A stretch of DNA of 64,000 nucleotides from Pelomyxa schiedti (Eukaryota > Protista > Evosea): assembly GCA_020536535.1 (NCBI GenBank), contig JAHLWZ010000818.1:1-64000 (forward strand). The letters run 5' to 3'. The notes below the pieces were generated by a model. The model saw nothing but the letters and a program-made list of their open reading frames with translations. It had not been told where the DNA came from and did no database searches. Made by a program: the position numbers and the translations under genes. Positions 52,096 to 64,000 of this stretch are shown one piece after another (the stretch's first letter is position 1; each line of letters opens with the position of its first letter).

Positions 52096-54229
52096 TTACT
52101 CTGGATTCAAAGAGTGTGTGCGGAGTAAGGGATTGAAGCAAATGCCTTCTGGTGTGCAGGATAGTGCTACAGGCACCTCCCACAGAGACATAGGGACTGT
52201 GGCGTGTGACTGGCACCACGGGTCAATGCACTGGCTCAGCTTGGGCTTGTTGCTGTTGTTGGGGTTCGATTGGTTGTCTGTGGGTGATGACTCTGACTCG
52301 AGAAGTGCGTGTAGCATGGTTGTTGATTTGGGTGGGTGCCATACTTTGTCCCCTTTGTGAGGGGATGTTGTTGACGGTGGCAAGTCAAAACTGAACGGGT
52401 GACCTTCGGTGGAGAAAACCCACCCCTTGTGTATCCAGTTGGTGTCGTCGAAAATAAGATAGAGGTATTTCAGTGTCTCGGCAAGGAAAAAGCTGTCCAT
52501 GCGATCCAGCAATTTCCGCGATCTCACGTCATCTATCTTTATGTGATCAATACAAGACAAAAATGTTACAGTAGGTACCCCACAAAACCCACAAGGTTTG
52601 TGTGTATAATGATCCAAAGATTCAACCATGGTTCTGGCCATTGAGCGCCACTGCATGTTATTTGGTTGCACTCGAGATATATAATATAAACTTTCCGCCA
52701 GCTCGGGGCGGAGAGGATATGCCGGTCTCAGAGGTGAAGGTCTCTGTGAGGGGATATCTATAGCAGATGTTGGAATTCCAATTGTTGGTTGGGGAAAAAA
52801 AAAAGAGGTAGATACCCCAGTAATCCGGTATCATCCCATACCGCAACCACACGTAGTAAAATGCTGCAGCGGTGCCTACAGCGTCAGAAAAGTCCCCATG
52901 AAGTGCTTGCATCCCAGGCCAAAATGCCATCAAGGAATCAAATATTGTGCTTGTTAACTGACCACTATTCATATCTTTCGGGAGAGTTAAACGAAACACC
53001 AGTAAATAACTGCTCAAGGTTGAAAGTGTTCCATGAGAACAATTTTTGGATACTGACATTAATGTACCACAAACCAATACGGAGGTGTCTCTGTGCGGAT
53101 TTATAGGACTCCTCAAACATGGTTTGGTATTCTGCGTCATTGAATAACATTGAAGCCTTCAATAAGTACTCATAGAAAGAATCTGTTGCTGAGCCCACAC
53201 TCGCATCATGGGCAGTCCACTTTCCATTTGTTGTATCGATGTGGTTTCCCAAAAGACCAAGCATTGACCTGTAAGACCAAAGTGCATGCACAGCTCTTCG
53301 AGCCACCTTCTCAAATCTTGTATCGCCAGTAAGAAGTGTCAATAGCCCAAATTCAAGTGTGAAGGAAGACCCACAAGCTGTACAGGTGATGGGAGTTTCA
53401 TTTGGAGGGACACCATGCCGGAGGTTGACAGTTCCATAAGGAATTCCAGTGACAGTATCAAATGCAGGTAATAAACGCTGCCCAAGATCATGTGCGACAT
53501 GCAATAATTTGTCAAGTTGTTCCTTTGTCAACAGGTCAAACTTACTTCCGAGTAAATAGGTACTGTAAACAGTCAGGACACGATGAGAAAAGGAAGGAGG
53601 ATAAACAATCATGTGATGAGGATGGCAGTGAGGTTAGTGATGGTGTAGGTGCACACGTGAGTCAAATGACCTGAGGAGCCCGCCAAGCACACGTATGTTT
53701 GTCTCGAAAACGGAAACGTTCATATCCCTGTCAAACTCCAAAGTTTCCAGCAAGGAGCTGGCTGCCCTGGTAAACTCTTGTGGAAAACCGAGTACCACAA
53801 GGCTATCCAAGGAATCAATTAAAGTCAGGGAGCAGTTCCCCCAAGAGGTCAATCCTCCACAACTTGAAAATAGTGAGGTGGCATTCCTCACAAGAAGTGG
53901 AAACAACCAAATAACAATAAGAAAGGGGGGAAATAAAAACAACCTTACAACCTTACAGATTTTAGTTCGTCTTTAGGATACGCATAGGTCATGTAGGAAG
54001 TGTAGGCATGAACAAACATGGATCTGACCTTTTCTCGCAACGCCAGCACTTCCTCGTCTGACATCAAAAAAACACCACCGGGTACAGGCGGCTGAGCACA
54101 AGAGTACCATTTTCCAGAGTCGGTTGCGTGCGGATCGTACGACCCACGAGAACCAAGAGGGGGTCTTTCCCACGTCACATGAGGGTGCAACGTGCATATC
54201 AGAAGGAAAATGATGGCTCGTTGTCGCAT
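52096..54229 (-). CDS. EDEM-type GH47 alpha-mannosidase-like protein
   Basis: [94 protein letters not shown]. Confidence 0.94.
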
Positions 54230-54522
54230 ATTCGGAGCCGTGTTCCGCGCCGTCGTTGACTTGCAGTCACGTGAGATCTTACGCCAAGTGGCACTCCTTT
54301 TCCTCTCCGAAACAAGATAAAAAAAAAACCGAATAGAAGCCGGATAGAAACGGGTTTAGAAAATCGGCAGTTGCACTCGGTTCTAATTGCGCCTCACGTC
54401 AGGCCAATATTGTTTTTCGTCTTTTACGAATTGTTTTTTTTTCTTTTTTTTGCATTTCGCCATCATCCACACCGTTGGTGCTCACCGGCCACCCCTTTTT
54501 CGTGTTTCTTTTGTGAGTAGAG

Positions 54523-55319
54523 ATGGTTGTTGCCAAAAGCAAGATCAAGATCGTTAAGAAGAAGCGCTCGCGGTTCAACAGGTTCGCGTCCGAGAAATGG
54601 GTCCGCTTACACGTACGTATCACCAATTTTTTATTGTGTGTGTCGCTTTTTTGCCACACCCTTTCGTTTTAAAAAAAAAAAACGCACTCTCGTTCCATCG
54701 CGTTTTTTTTTTTTTTTTTTTTTTTGCCCAGTGCAGTGTTAAAGAAGTTTTTCTTTGCCAAACTCCACCTCGGTAATTTAATGCACACAAACAAATACAG
54801 CCCAACTGGCGAAAGCCGAGGGGTATCGATAACCGCATGAGACGCAAGTTTGGCGGCACAGCAGCCATGCCAGGCATCGGATTCGGGTCAGACAGACGAA
54901 CCCGGTTCCGCCGCCCCGACCACTTCTACACATTCCACGTCAACAACCCAAAAGACATCGACCTCCTGTTGATGCACACCGGCACCTACGCCGCTGAAAT
55001 CGCCAGCACTATCGGTGCCAAGAAGCGCAAAGCAATCCTCAAACGCGCAGCCAAGATGGGAGTGAAGGTCGAGAATGCCAAAGCACGCGTCCGCGCAGTG
55101 GTGTGTATTATTTTCCCACACATACTACATACATGTTTCTATATAGTATTATTATCAGTTCCTCCCTCTTTGAGTTTTTGGCCTTGCTCTCCGCAAACAC
55201 ATTTTTCACACACTACGCACCCGCACCGTTTCCTTTTTCTCTCTGTTATTAACAATCAATCCTCCATTACAATGCCGTTTCTGCAAGTTCTTACCTTGTT
55301 TCTATAGGAAAAGGAGTAA
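54523..55319 (+). CDS. RPL32: 60S ribosomal protein L32 (eL32), three exons
   Basis: KIKIVKKKRSRFNRFASEKWVRLH|PNWRKPRGIDNRMRRKFGG..YAAEIASTIGAKKRKAI..NAKARVRAV|EKE*. Confidence 0.96.
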
Positions 55320-55478
55320 AACTATATTTTTCTTCCTGTTCATTGTCTTTTTTAATTGTTATGCTGGAACATGTCCTTTTTCCCGTTTTTGTAGTTGTTT
55401 CTTTCCATTCTTTCGGGTGGAGAAGGTTTGCCTTGAAGCTGTCCCTTTGCTTAGAAGTCGGAACTGAGTTCCTCTTCA

Positions 55479-58400
55479 TTAATTACAGACTTCCCGCCTG
55501 GGTAGAATGTTAGTTTTAGTGGTGCGCAACCAAAAATGTGATGAGGGAAGCATACAAGGGGGTGATGTTGCTGTGCTGAGTGTGGGTAGGGAATATGTTG
55601 AAGTTGTTGCTGCCATTGAGCCTTCTACAAAGCAAGAAAGCTGCGACCCCGGGCAGGCGTGGCCCAGGTGGGGCTCTTCACTTCTGCCCTCATAGTCTCC
55701 ATCAACACTGCCGGCACTGGCTCCAACACTTATATTTACACCAAGGCCTGTTGCACTGATGCTTGAGGCTGAGCCTAAGGCTGCTACAGCACTGGGTGTT
55801 GGAGGGGACGATCCTTTGTTGAAAATGGGTACAGTAACCGCACTGATGGGCGGTGTGGTAGTAGCAGGAACCACGACGAGAGTGGTTGTTGTTGTGGTTG
55901 TTGTTGCTGTAGGAGCGGGAGGTGTCACTTGGGGAGAAGTTGAGGCTACTTGTTTGTGCACATTTTTTGGATGCACTGTTTGGTGTTCTTGATCTGCGTT
56001 TTCTCGGCTGTCATCTTTTTTGCTCTCAATATGTGCACTGTCAACTTCACCTCTGTCTGCAGCGGAAGGGTGGATTTTTGAAATGATCACAAATTTGTTG
56101 TCATTTGAGGCCAAGGCGGATTCTTCTTGATTGTATGCATGCTGTCGAGTAGTAGAAGAGGTTGTTGTGACGGGGATCCCGTGTTTGTTGTGTCGATGGT
56201 GGTGATGGTGGTGGTGGGTGTCCATGTCATCTGTCTCATAAAAGGAACTTGATACAGATGGCAGCCTTAGATTTCCCGTTTCAGGTGTGGGGTATGCAGG
56301 GAGGGTGGGTGCACGTGGATAAAGACGCATCGCTGTTGTTGGTGGAAGAAAAACTGGAGAGCGGCCTCGGTGTGTTGTATCCATTATGCGAGAAAGATGA
56401 GTGCAGAGAAGACGGAGTTCCCAATCATATTCGTTGTAGCGAACCTGAATGTAATTAATCATGTCAATCAGGCATAGGCATACATCGTATTTTAGTAAAA
56501 TAGACTTCTTTTTCTTCTTCAGGGGCTTCTTTTTCCCCGAAAACCCTTCTGGCAAGTATTGCTCAAAGAATTCGAACTGGGCAATTTTATTGGAGAAATC
56601 CCGTGAAAACCACTGAACTTGTCTGGGTAAATAGACCTACGAGAGTTTATTGATTTGGAAGTCAATTCCCTCATACCTGCTTTAGATTGCTGATGAAGTG
56701 TATGTTTTGGGCCGAGTAACTGCGCATTGCTTGGTTTAATTGCTCCTAAGGAAAAGGTCAAGCTGCATTTAAAGAGTGGTAAATTACATTAAGACTGGCA
56801 CTGTGGAAAATACAAACTCCTGGGCTGCTCTACTGCATGTTAGGGTCATCTGACTTAGTGGGATTATGAAATACCACTGTGCACATGGTGATTGCAAAAG
56901 GAATTCGTGGATCTCGGGTTTCAACTGTGAAACGGCTTCTTGGATCGGACTCTTCAAACTTAGATGGGTTCAATGCAATTCCTAATGATGTGAGAACAAG
57001 CTAGATATTATTTAATTGACCATTTTCAGGAAGAGGCATATCACTTCTCAACAGGGAATATTCCACATCCCAGTGAGAGAAGGTGTGACCCCCAATAGTA
57101 TATAGAAATTGTTGCATAAGCGATGCCTATCAGTTTGTGAATCACTACTGTATACATTCACTTGGAGATCACCTTCTCACGTAACTTAACGCTTATAGGC
57201 TCACTCGTGGGTAAAAGAGTGGTGACAGCAACACTATGCAGTGCCATGATATTGTAAATATTGAGCCAGAACGCAAGCTTCTGTTCTAAAGTTACAAGTC
57301 GTTCTAGTTGTACCTTGATATCGAAAGTTAGTAAATAAGGTTTTTGAGGTTCTAGTAACTGATTGGAGTTCACTTAAAGCAACAAGGAACTGGGAAAAAT
57401 CTGAATGGTAGGATACAGCCACAATATTCTCATCCAAACAGATTCCCCAGTAACCACAGCGAAGGTAGATTTTCAGAATACTTTCCAGCAGATATATCGA
57501 AACTGATATTGAATGAACAATTGTTGATGAAGGGTTAAGTACGTTTCTCAGGGTCCCGAGCAACACCATAAAATCTTGGGTCTTTAACCAGAATCAAAAA
57601 GTAAATACTACTCTGAAGTCTAGAAGCTTACCTGAATTGACTATCCCGGAGCAAGGAAATTTTGAACCGACTCTGTTAAATTGGTTATTTTGAGTTATTT
57701 GGACAGTTGATATACACAGTCAAAGCTCGATCCAAAACATCAGAAGGGAAAAATTGGGAGTGAATGGCATTGGCGGCAGCAATTCTTGTCAATTCTTGGG
57801 CCACTGTGGAGTTGTGCCAATGTCTACTATCACCTTCCATCCCATCAAACAAGGGAGGGAGAACAATCGGCTGATCCATTACAGATGAAGTGGCACTACT
57901 CCCGCTGGCTCCAGCGCTGCCATAGGTGCCAGCAGCAGATGATGAAGCCAAAGCCGATGATGTGTGTTGTTGCTCATGCTGACTGTGAGATACAACTGTG
58001 GGAACAGAAGGCGTTGCTATGGGAGGGTGGTGTGGGAGAGGCTGGGCATGACTATGCATGTAAGGAGTGGGTGTCACTGTGTCTGCAAGTAGATCCACCC
58101 GGAATGTCGGTGCGAGCTGAAATAAAAATAAGAAACTTAAGAAAAATAGGCACTACTAACCCTATTGTCTTGGGAACTTTTATCAAGACCAGACTTAAAA
58201 ACTGACAGTTTTCCATCTCGTATGAATGATGTATTGAACCTATGTTCTGTGAGTTAGGAAAAAACTTACTGAGAGAGACCAGAAATTAAAGAGCACTTCC
58301 TTTAAAATGAAATGAGAAAGGGTGGAGAATTGGTAGTACAAACATTGGAAGACGGCGAGGCAGTGATAATTTCAATATTGATATCTCCACACAATGGCAC

Positions 58401-59945
58401 ATTTGGTATATTCAACTCATGGAAGTCACTGCCCCAACTGCTAGCTTCTGATTCTTTGCAGTAATTTTGAAAGGATAATAGCAAGGAGAACTGAGAGGAA
58501 ATGAGAAAAAATTTTTTTGAAGGTGGTTACAATGTTGGCATTCTCGTATGGATTGTCACTCATGAGTTGAAGGATTTTATCAAAAAATGTGTGCTGTACT
58601 ACAGATGCATCCAGGTCCTCCTCAGGATTGTCAGAAAATTTCTTGGGCTTCTCTCTCCCTTTATCCAACTTCTTATTTGCTGTGCTGTTACTGGCCCCAG
58701 CACTGCCACCAGCACTTCCAACAGTAGTTGTTACTGCTCCTCCACTGCCGGTTGCTGTTGTGCTACTACCACCACTCACAATGGTAGATGTTGTTGTCGG
58801 GGGTGTAGCGCTGCTTGCACTAGCAGTTTCGGGTGACCTTTTATCTTTGTGCCACTTGCCCTTCTTTCCATTTGTTTTGTGATTGCCCTCTTCTCTTACT
58901 CTGAATGAGTAGACAAGAGATTTCCAGGAAAAAACTCTGCAGCCAATTTCTTTCAAGAATGAGATGATCTCTCAGGGCACTCACATACCAGTATTTTTTG
59001 GAAGTTTTGGCCTTGGACTTAGTACTATTTTCTTTAGCATTACCATTGCTCTATTCATGGAAAAGCCAGATTTCACGTACTGGGAAAAGTACTGTACGTA
59101 CCGTATCTGACTTGGGATAGATACACACTATTTGATTGTCATACCCCAGCAATTCAAGGGAGCTCAAACATTACTTGCTTATTTACAGCTCGAGATATTT
59201 CAAAAAAAGCCAGGGCCTCTTCTGCTGTCTCCCACTCCCCTGTGAAGAGCAAGTAGGAGCAAATCATAACTCCCGTTCGGGCCTTGGTACAAGTGAGAAA
59301 CAAGTGCGTAACCAAGGTCTGTTAACCTTTCCTTCTTTGCAATGAACAACAATGACGTTTTGGGGGTCACTTTTCAGCCAGGCGTCCTAAGAAGTATCTA
59401 AGCTCACAATTATTTAGGACCTCAGAATTACCACATCAACACAGAAGTGATTTATTAAATCTAGAGGCGGGACACTATTTTCGTCAAAAGGAAAAATAGC
59501 AACTTGAAATTAGTTAGGATATTTGGAAAATAATGATGAAAACCAACCTCTCTCGTGGAATTTAGCGTGATCGTACGTTCTCTCTGAACACCTACGCGTG
59601 CTTTTATTACTTATAATAGTTTCGAACCTAAACTTACAAATTGTATACCTAATAGATAGGAGACAGTGAGAAAAGTTTGAGAGCTTTTTAATGAAGGCTT
59701 ACTCTGTAGTGATCCTTGTGAAAAGTCTCAAGAAACCTCAATACTTCCTTGTAGGGATTTCTGTTTGCGCCCTCTGTGCCCTCACTAGGGTATGCCATTG
59801 CTATTATTCTCGTTCCAATATCTTTGTCCCGGAAAAGTAAGGAAACAAACAGACCAGTTAAAAAACGGTAGCCCGTTTCAGAGATTCAGCCCACACAGGT
59901 CAGATCCAGATCAAATCCATTGTGACAGTATCGTCGTTTGTTCAT
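55479..59945 (-). CDS. PTEN-like phosphatase + C2 + DUF547 fusion protein
   Basis: PTEN: MNKRRYCHNGFDLDLT, IIAMAYPS, VHCKEGKARTGVMIC, SIPSQIRYVQY. C2: PLCGDINIE, FNTSFI. DUF547: EQKLAFWLNIYN, DPRIPFAI, YNEYDW. Confidence 0.85.
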
Positions 59946-60081
59946 TGCGCGTCGCCGTTTATTACCCCCGTAATTAATAAAAAGTTTAACGTAGATCCAC
60001 TGTCTAGAAAAACAAAAATTCAAAAATTTCTTTGCGTGCCGCCAGTTTTTGGGAAGTGATTGTTCACTGTTTTTTCGTCTT

Positions 60082-62660
60082 TCACATAGTAGAAGAGGTG
60101 TTGGTGGTGTGACTGGGAGTGGAATGAGTAGTAGAAATGGTCATAGTTGTGGTCTTGGGTTTGGAATTAGAGTCGGAGCTGTTTGTGTTTGTATTTGGAA
60201 CGGTGCTGGAATTGGAATTGGAATTAGAATGTGAAGTTGTGGGTGTGCCTGTGCCTCTGTTGGCGTTTTGGTGGTCAATTGGGCTGCATTCTATGAGAAG
60301 GTTGGTGGCCGTTTGCTTGATGTGATTGATCATATCGGAGAAGCGTGTCTGGGTGTCTTCGCGTTCACGTCCTTCTTCGAACTCTGGGACTGGGATGAGG
60401 GTTGATTGTTGGTCCAGGAGAATTTTCTTGGGTGTGTTGTCCAGGAAGAGCAGTGGGGTGCTTTGTTGCACTTGCGCCCCTCTTTTCACCAGGATGCTCC
60501 TCAGGAACTGTGTATCCTTGAAGCTGAATGGGGCGTCTGAGGTCCGGAAGCGGTTGGCGGCGCAGGATTTGGAGTCCAAAACGAAGTCCCATTCGCTCCA
60601 CTCAAAGTCCGGTAGACAATACTGTTGTAGGCCCGCTTCTATGAAAGAAAGGAATTCGGATGAGCGGCTTGTCCACCAGCCGATTATTATGCCACCGTGC
60701 CATGCGGATTTGAGGTCACGGAAGCATTGGATCAAGTCTTTTGCTTGCCGCCGGATGTACATACATCTCTTAAGTGATTCTGACACTATCGCTGGGTTCG
60801 TACTTCCTAAAAGAGGGATTGATTGTCTGAGAATGTTTACTATGACCCCGTTGATGTCGACAACAATAATCAGTCTTGGACGAGCGGAAAAGTCGGGACT
60901 ATTTTGGAGAGGCAGGCGTGACCACGCATGCGATGGATCATACCACAGATGTTTTTGGAATTGCTGAATGACTGCCTGAGGTTTTGTGCACGGGTCTCTG
61001 GTGAACATTTGTAGCATTGCCATACGTTTGAGAGCCTTTTGACGTTCCACACCTAAAGTCCGAAAAGCAAGGGATATTCTTGAACCATATGTTAACACAC
61101 CTTCCAAAGATGCGAACTTAGTAAGAGTGACATTAAAGTCAAATAACTTTCTCGGAACCAATACTATTCGCTGTATCTGCGGCGGAGGGAGGTGCGTCTT
61201 ATATCTGATAAATTGTGCAGTCCGACCCCAGCTGAGTTCCATGGAAGCCACTTGCGCAAAATCATTGAAATAGTCCCATATCTATGTAATCAAATGCCGG
61301 GTATTATTGAGGCATGTAACGACGTGAATTCATACCTTGTCCAGGGCAGACTGAAGCTCTCGTTTAGCAGATGTTCCTTGCGCGGTGTGTTTAAACTGCC
61401 CAAGTATTCGTCAGCTTTGTTGAAGAGGTTCTAAACGTTCTAAAGTACCCTTTTTGGGAGGGACAGGTCATACTGGATGACAGAGTCATCAACATCGATG
61501 TCGCAGAGCACCTGGCGTGGCGGGCACCGCCTTTCCGCATCCACTAGAATATTACATTTGGGGAAAATATCTTGTCCCAGCTTGTATTTGGTTGAGATTT
61601 CTCACAGTAAAAAAAAACAGAGAACACACCCTATGTAAGTAAAAGTAGTCCATAGAGTTGTCCTCCCACCTGACCCAAACACATTTCAGTTCTGGATCCC
61701 TTGGTGAGCCACCCATGAAAATTTGAGATGCCTTCCGAATGCTGCTCGACTGGCGGGCAATCATAGCTGAAATTACCTTTTGGTCCTCCGGGTGTATAAC
61801 CTCACCAAAAGAGTAATAAGAATGAAGCTTGTTGCTGTTACAGAAAAGAGTGAGCAATGTAGGGGGAGTGGGAATCAAAATGGAAAATGAAATTTCACAT
61901 GTAGAGCAATAGGTCCGCAGAAGAGAACGAAAAGTCGGACAAAAGAATGGGCTGGCCGAAAAGGCAATCCATAGTGCACATTCGAACCGGCTAGTTTCAA
62001 GTGTTAACTATTTCGTGCCACAAAACAAAAAAAAAAAAGAGAGAGAGAGCCGAACACCAACAAAACAAACCACCGTAGCAAATTAAGCTACCACACCACA
62101 ATAATAAGGTGAGGAGTTGAAGGAGCGAAGAAGGTTGGTAGGTAGGTGACTGGAGCCGCGAGGGAACCACGCAACAAACAGTCCCGGGGGAGAAAGAAGT
62201 GACGGCAAAGAGAAGCGTCGATGCACATTTGGTTGATTTGAGACAGGCTAGCCACGGGCGCTTTGCCGGTGCCAAGGAAGAATTTCAAGGAAAGATCACT
62301 GTTTGTCAACAAAGCAAACAAAAAATCAGGAAAAGGGAGAAGGGATGAAAGTTGCCTGGGTCGTGTTGCTTGCCTCGCTCTCTGTTTGCTGTGGCTCGGT
62401 TCAAAATGAAGTAAATGGTCTTTTTGGGGCCGCAGTTGAACCAACAACTGTAGGCTGCTTGGTCGCACGATGTTTCTAGAAGAACGATGTTTGCTGAATC
62501 AAGCGACTCACAAGAAGGCAGTTTTGGGGAGTGCCCAGATTCGTATGAATGCGAGTCTGGCAACAGTTGCTGTTGTGAGGAAATAAACGACGTGCAGTAT
62601 TGTGCCACAACACCTGACGGGTGAGTTCCTGTGCCTCAAGTACACACAAATCTTCCATTA
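60082..62660 (-). CDS. DUF3223/DeCL-like domain + NIF/FCP1-like HAD phosphatase domain protein; 5' exons and start uncertain
   Basis: HAD/NIF: IIVVDINGVI, MYIRRQA, WWTSRS, FKDTQFL, LFLDNTPKK, IPVPEF. Upstream exons join in frame via three GT-AG introns to the DeCL-like exon KCVWVRWEDNSMDYFYL. Confidence 0.65.
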
Positions 62661-63047
62661 TCTAACCAGACTTTGCCCCAAAACAGGGAGTCCTGGTTGT
62701 GCATGGACACAACAACGTGGGAGTGCTGTGGATGCACAGAAGACTACTGTGTGGAGTGCAACAACTCTGAGGGCTGGATCTGCGACGTAGATCTCGACGC
62801 AGAGCAGTACATCTGCGTGAGTGGTGCTTCTGTGTCCATTATATCCTCGCTCTTCGTTCTGTGTTGTCTGTGCCTAGTGGCCTTCATTTAAATAGGAAAA
62901 TTGATTTCATCGAAATCTTTATCCTTCTTCCTTTTCTTTTTTTTTGACACGCGGACCGGCAACTTAAGGTGTCAATTCGAGGTGCTGTTCTGTGGGGCAT
63001 CGTTTGTTTTTGTTGAGAAGGCAAAAGCAAGATCTAAATCGAAGAGG

Positions 63048-64000
63048 ATGAGGGGAGGGTCGTTGTTGGTGTTTGTGTTGGGGGCGCTGTTGGCCTTCGT
63101 CAGTTGTATCGAACTTCCGCAATACGACAACTCAATGGTGAACAAGCAGTTCTCTTTCGCCAAGCCGTTTCTCAGGGGTACCCTCTCATAACTCCACTAT
63201 GCGCAATGTAATTTCTCGGAGCTGCTATATTAAATTATCCCTCTTGAAAAAAGGTCACGGGGCAATACAGTATTGGAGTTTTGGAGGTACCACAGTTGTG
63301 ACGGATGACTATATCCGGCTTACTCCGGCCAGCCCTTCGAGAGCTGGTTTCATTTGGACTATCTCTGTATGTTAAATTTGTCTGCCCTTGTTGTATTGAT
63401 AGTTATGCTTTAAGCGGGTGAATCTGGAAGATTGGGAAGTCATTCTTGAATTCAAAATAAGTGGTGGAGGTAGATTGGGTGCTGATGGGTTTGCGTTCTG
63501 GTACACCCAGGAACCCATGAAAGAGGGTCCAGTTTATGGGTCTAAGGACTTTTGGACAGGCCTCATGATTTCCTTTGATACATTTGATAATGACGGTCAG
63601 GTGTGCTTCCTCTTTTGCTTTAGTCACTAATGTCTCATCTGTATTAGAGGAACAATCCAGCTATTGTCGCAATAGAGAATGACGGAACAAAAAGCTTTTC
63701 TGCCGCCACAGATGGAATGGATTTGCAACTAGCAAGCTGCCAAGCCTACTTCCGCTCAACCTCCAAAAATACCAGAGCAAGAATACGATATGAAGGTTCC
63801 ACAAACCGTCTCTGGGTATCAGCACTCTGTATCTTTATGCTGTGACATTAATTCAGGTGTGGACTGATAGCTATTTTGATAACAACTGGATCCTATGTAT
63901 TGATGGGGAGTCTGTTGTTTTACCCCCTGGTTATTACTTTGGGTTAAGTGCTGCCACTGGTGCCCTTTTTGGTAGGACATAATCTTAATTTCTTTTCTTT
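63048..64000 (+). CDS. L-type lectin cargo receptor (VIP36/ERGIC-53 family); 3' end runs off the window
   Basis: Signal peptide; SFAKPFL, YWSFGG, YIRLTP, DWEVILEFKISG..GADGFAFWY, FDTFDNDG, LPPGYYFGLSAATG. Confidence 0.92.

Noticed and set aside
54731-54789. H/ACA-like hairpin (GTGCA..TGCAC-ACA) in RPL32 intron 1
   Set aside because: Ends 11 nt from the acceptor and overlaps the likely branch site; no H box or second hairpin evident
1-64000. Stop-codon reassignment or U12-type introns
   Set aside because: The apparent in-frame stops I checked resolve as short GT-AG introns; TAA, TAG and TGA all end genes; no RTATCCTT donor noticed

Overview
Compact, intron-rich eukaryotic DNA, most likely from a protist. 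Gene content and style suggest an amoebozoan, possibly an anaerobic archamoeba; this is inference only. About 21 protein genes have short (mostly ~40-60 nt) GT-AG introns and GC-rich low-complexity first exons. In order: radical SAM enzyme (partial), ricin-GH3 beta-glucosidase, eIF3k, TMEM62, coiled-coil protein, GAPVD1-like, AP-3 beta, CorA-like, VPS9D1-like, hydantoinase-DUF917, TPR-SMYD, ABCH-type transporter, GTPase-HSP20-like, RBM39, REase-kinase, EDEM, RPL32, PTEN-C2-DUF547, DUF3223-like/NIF phosphatase, L-type lectin (partial). A Pol III island at 38.4-40.1 kb holds tRNA-Arg(CCT), tRNA-Gly(GCC), tRNA-Ser(GCT) and a gapped duplicate of the Arg/Gly pair. Top finding: a 92-nt non-tRNA Pol III gene (39117-39208, minus) with box A, box B, a perfect terminal stem and an oligo-T terminator, i.e. 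vault-RNA-like geometry. Other highlights: a RapZ C-terminal domain plus WWE domain spliced in frame onto a GAPVD1-type Rab5 GEF, and PTEN-DUF547 and DeCL-NIF phosphatase fusions. Gene spans include introns; exon joins and domain calls were made by eye from remembered family motifs, not by database search.
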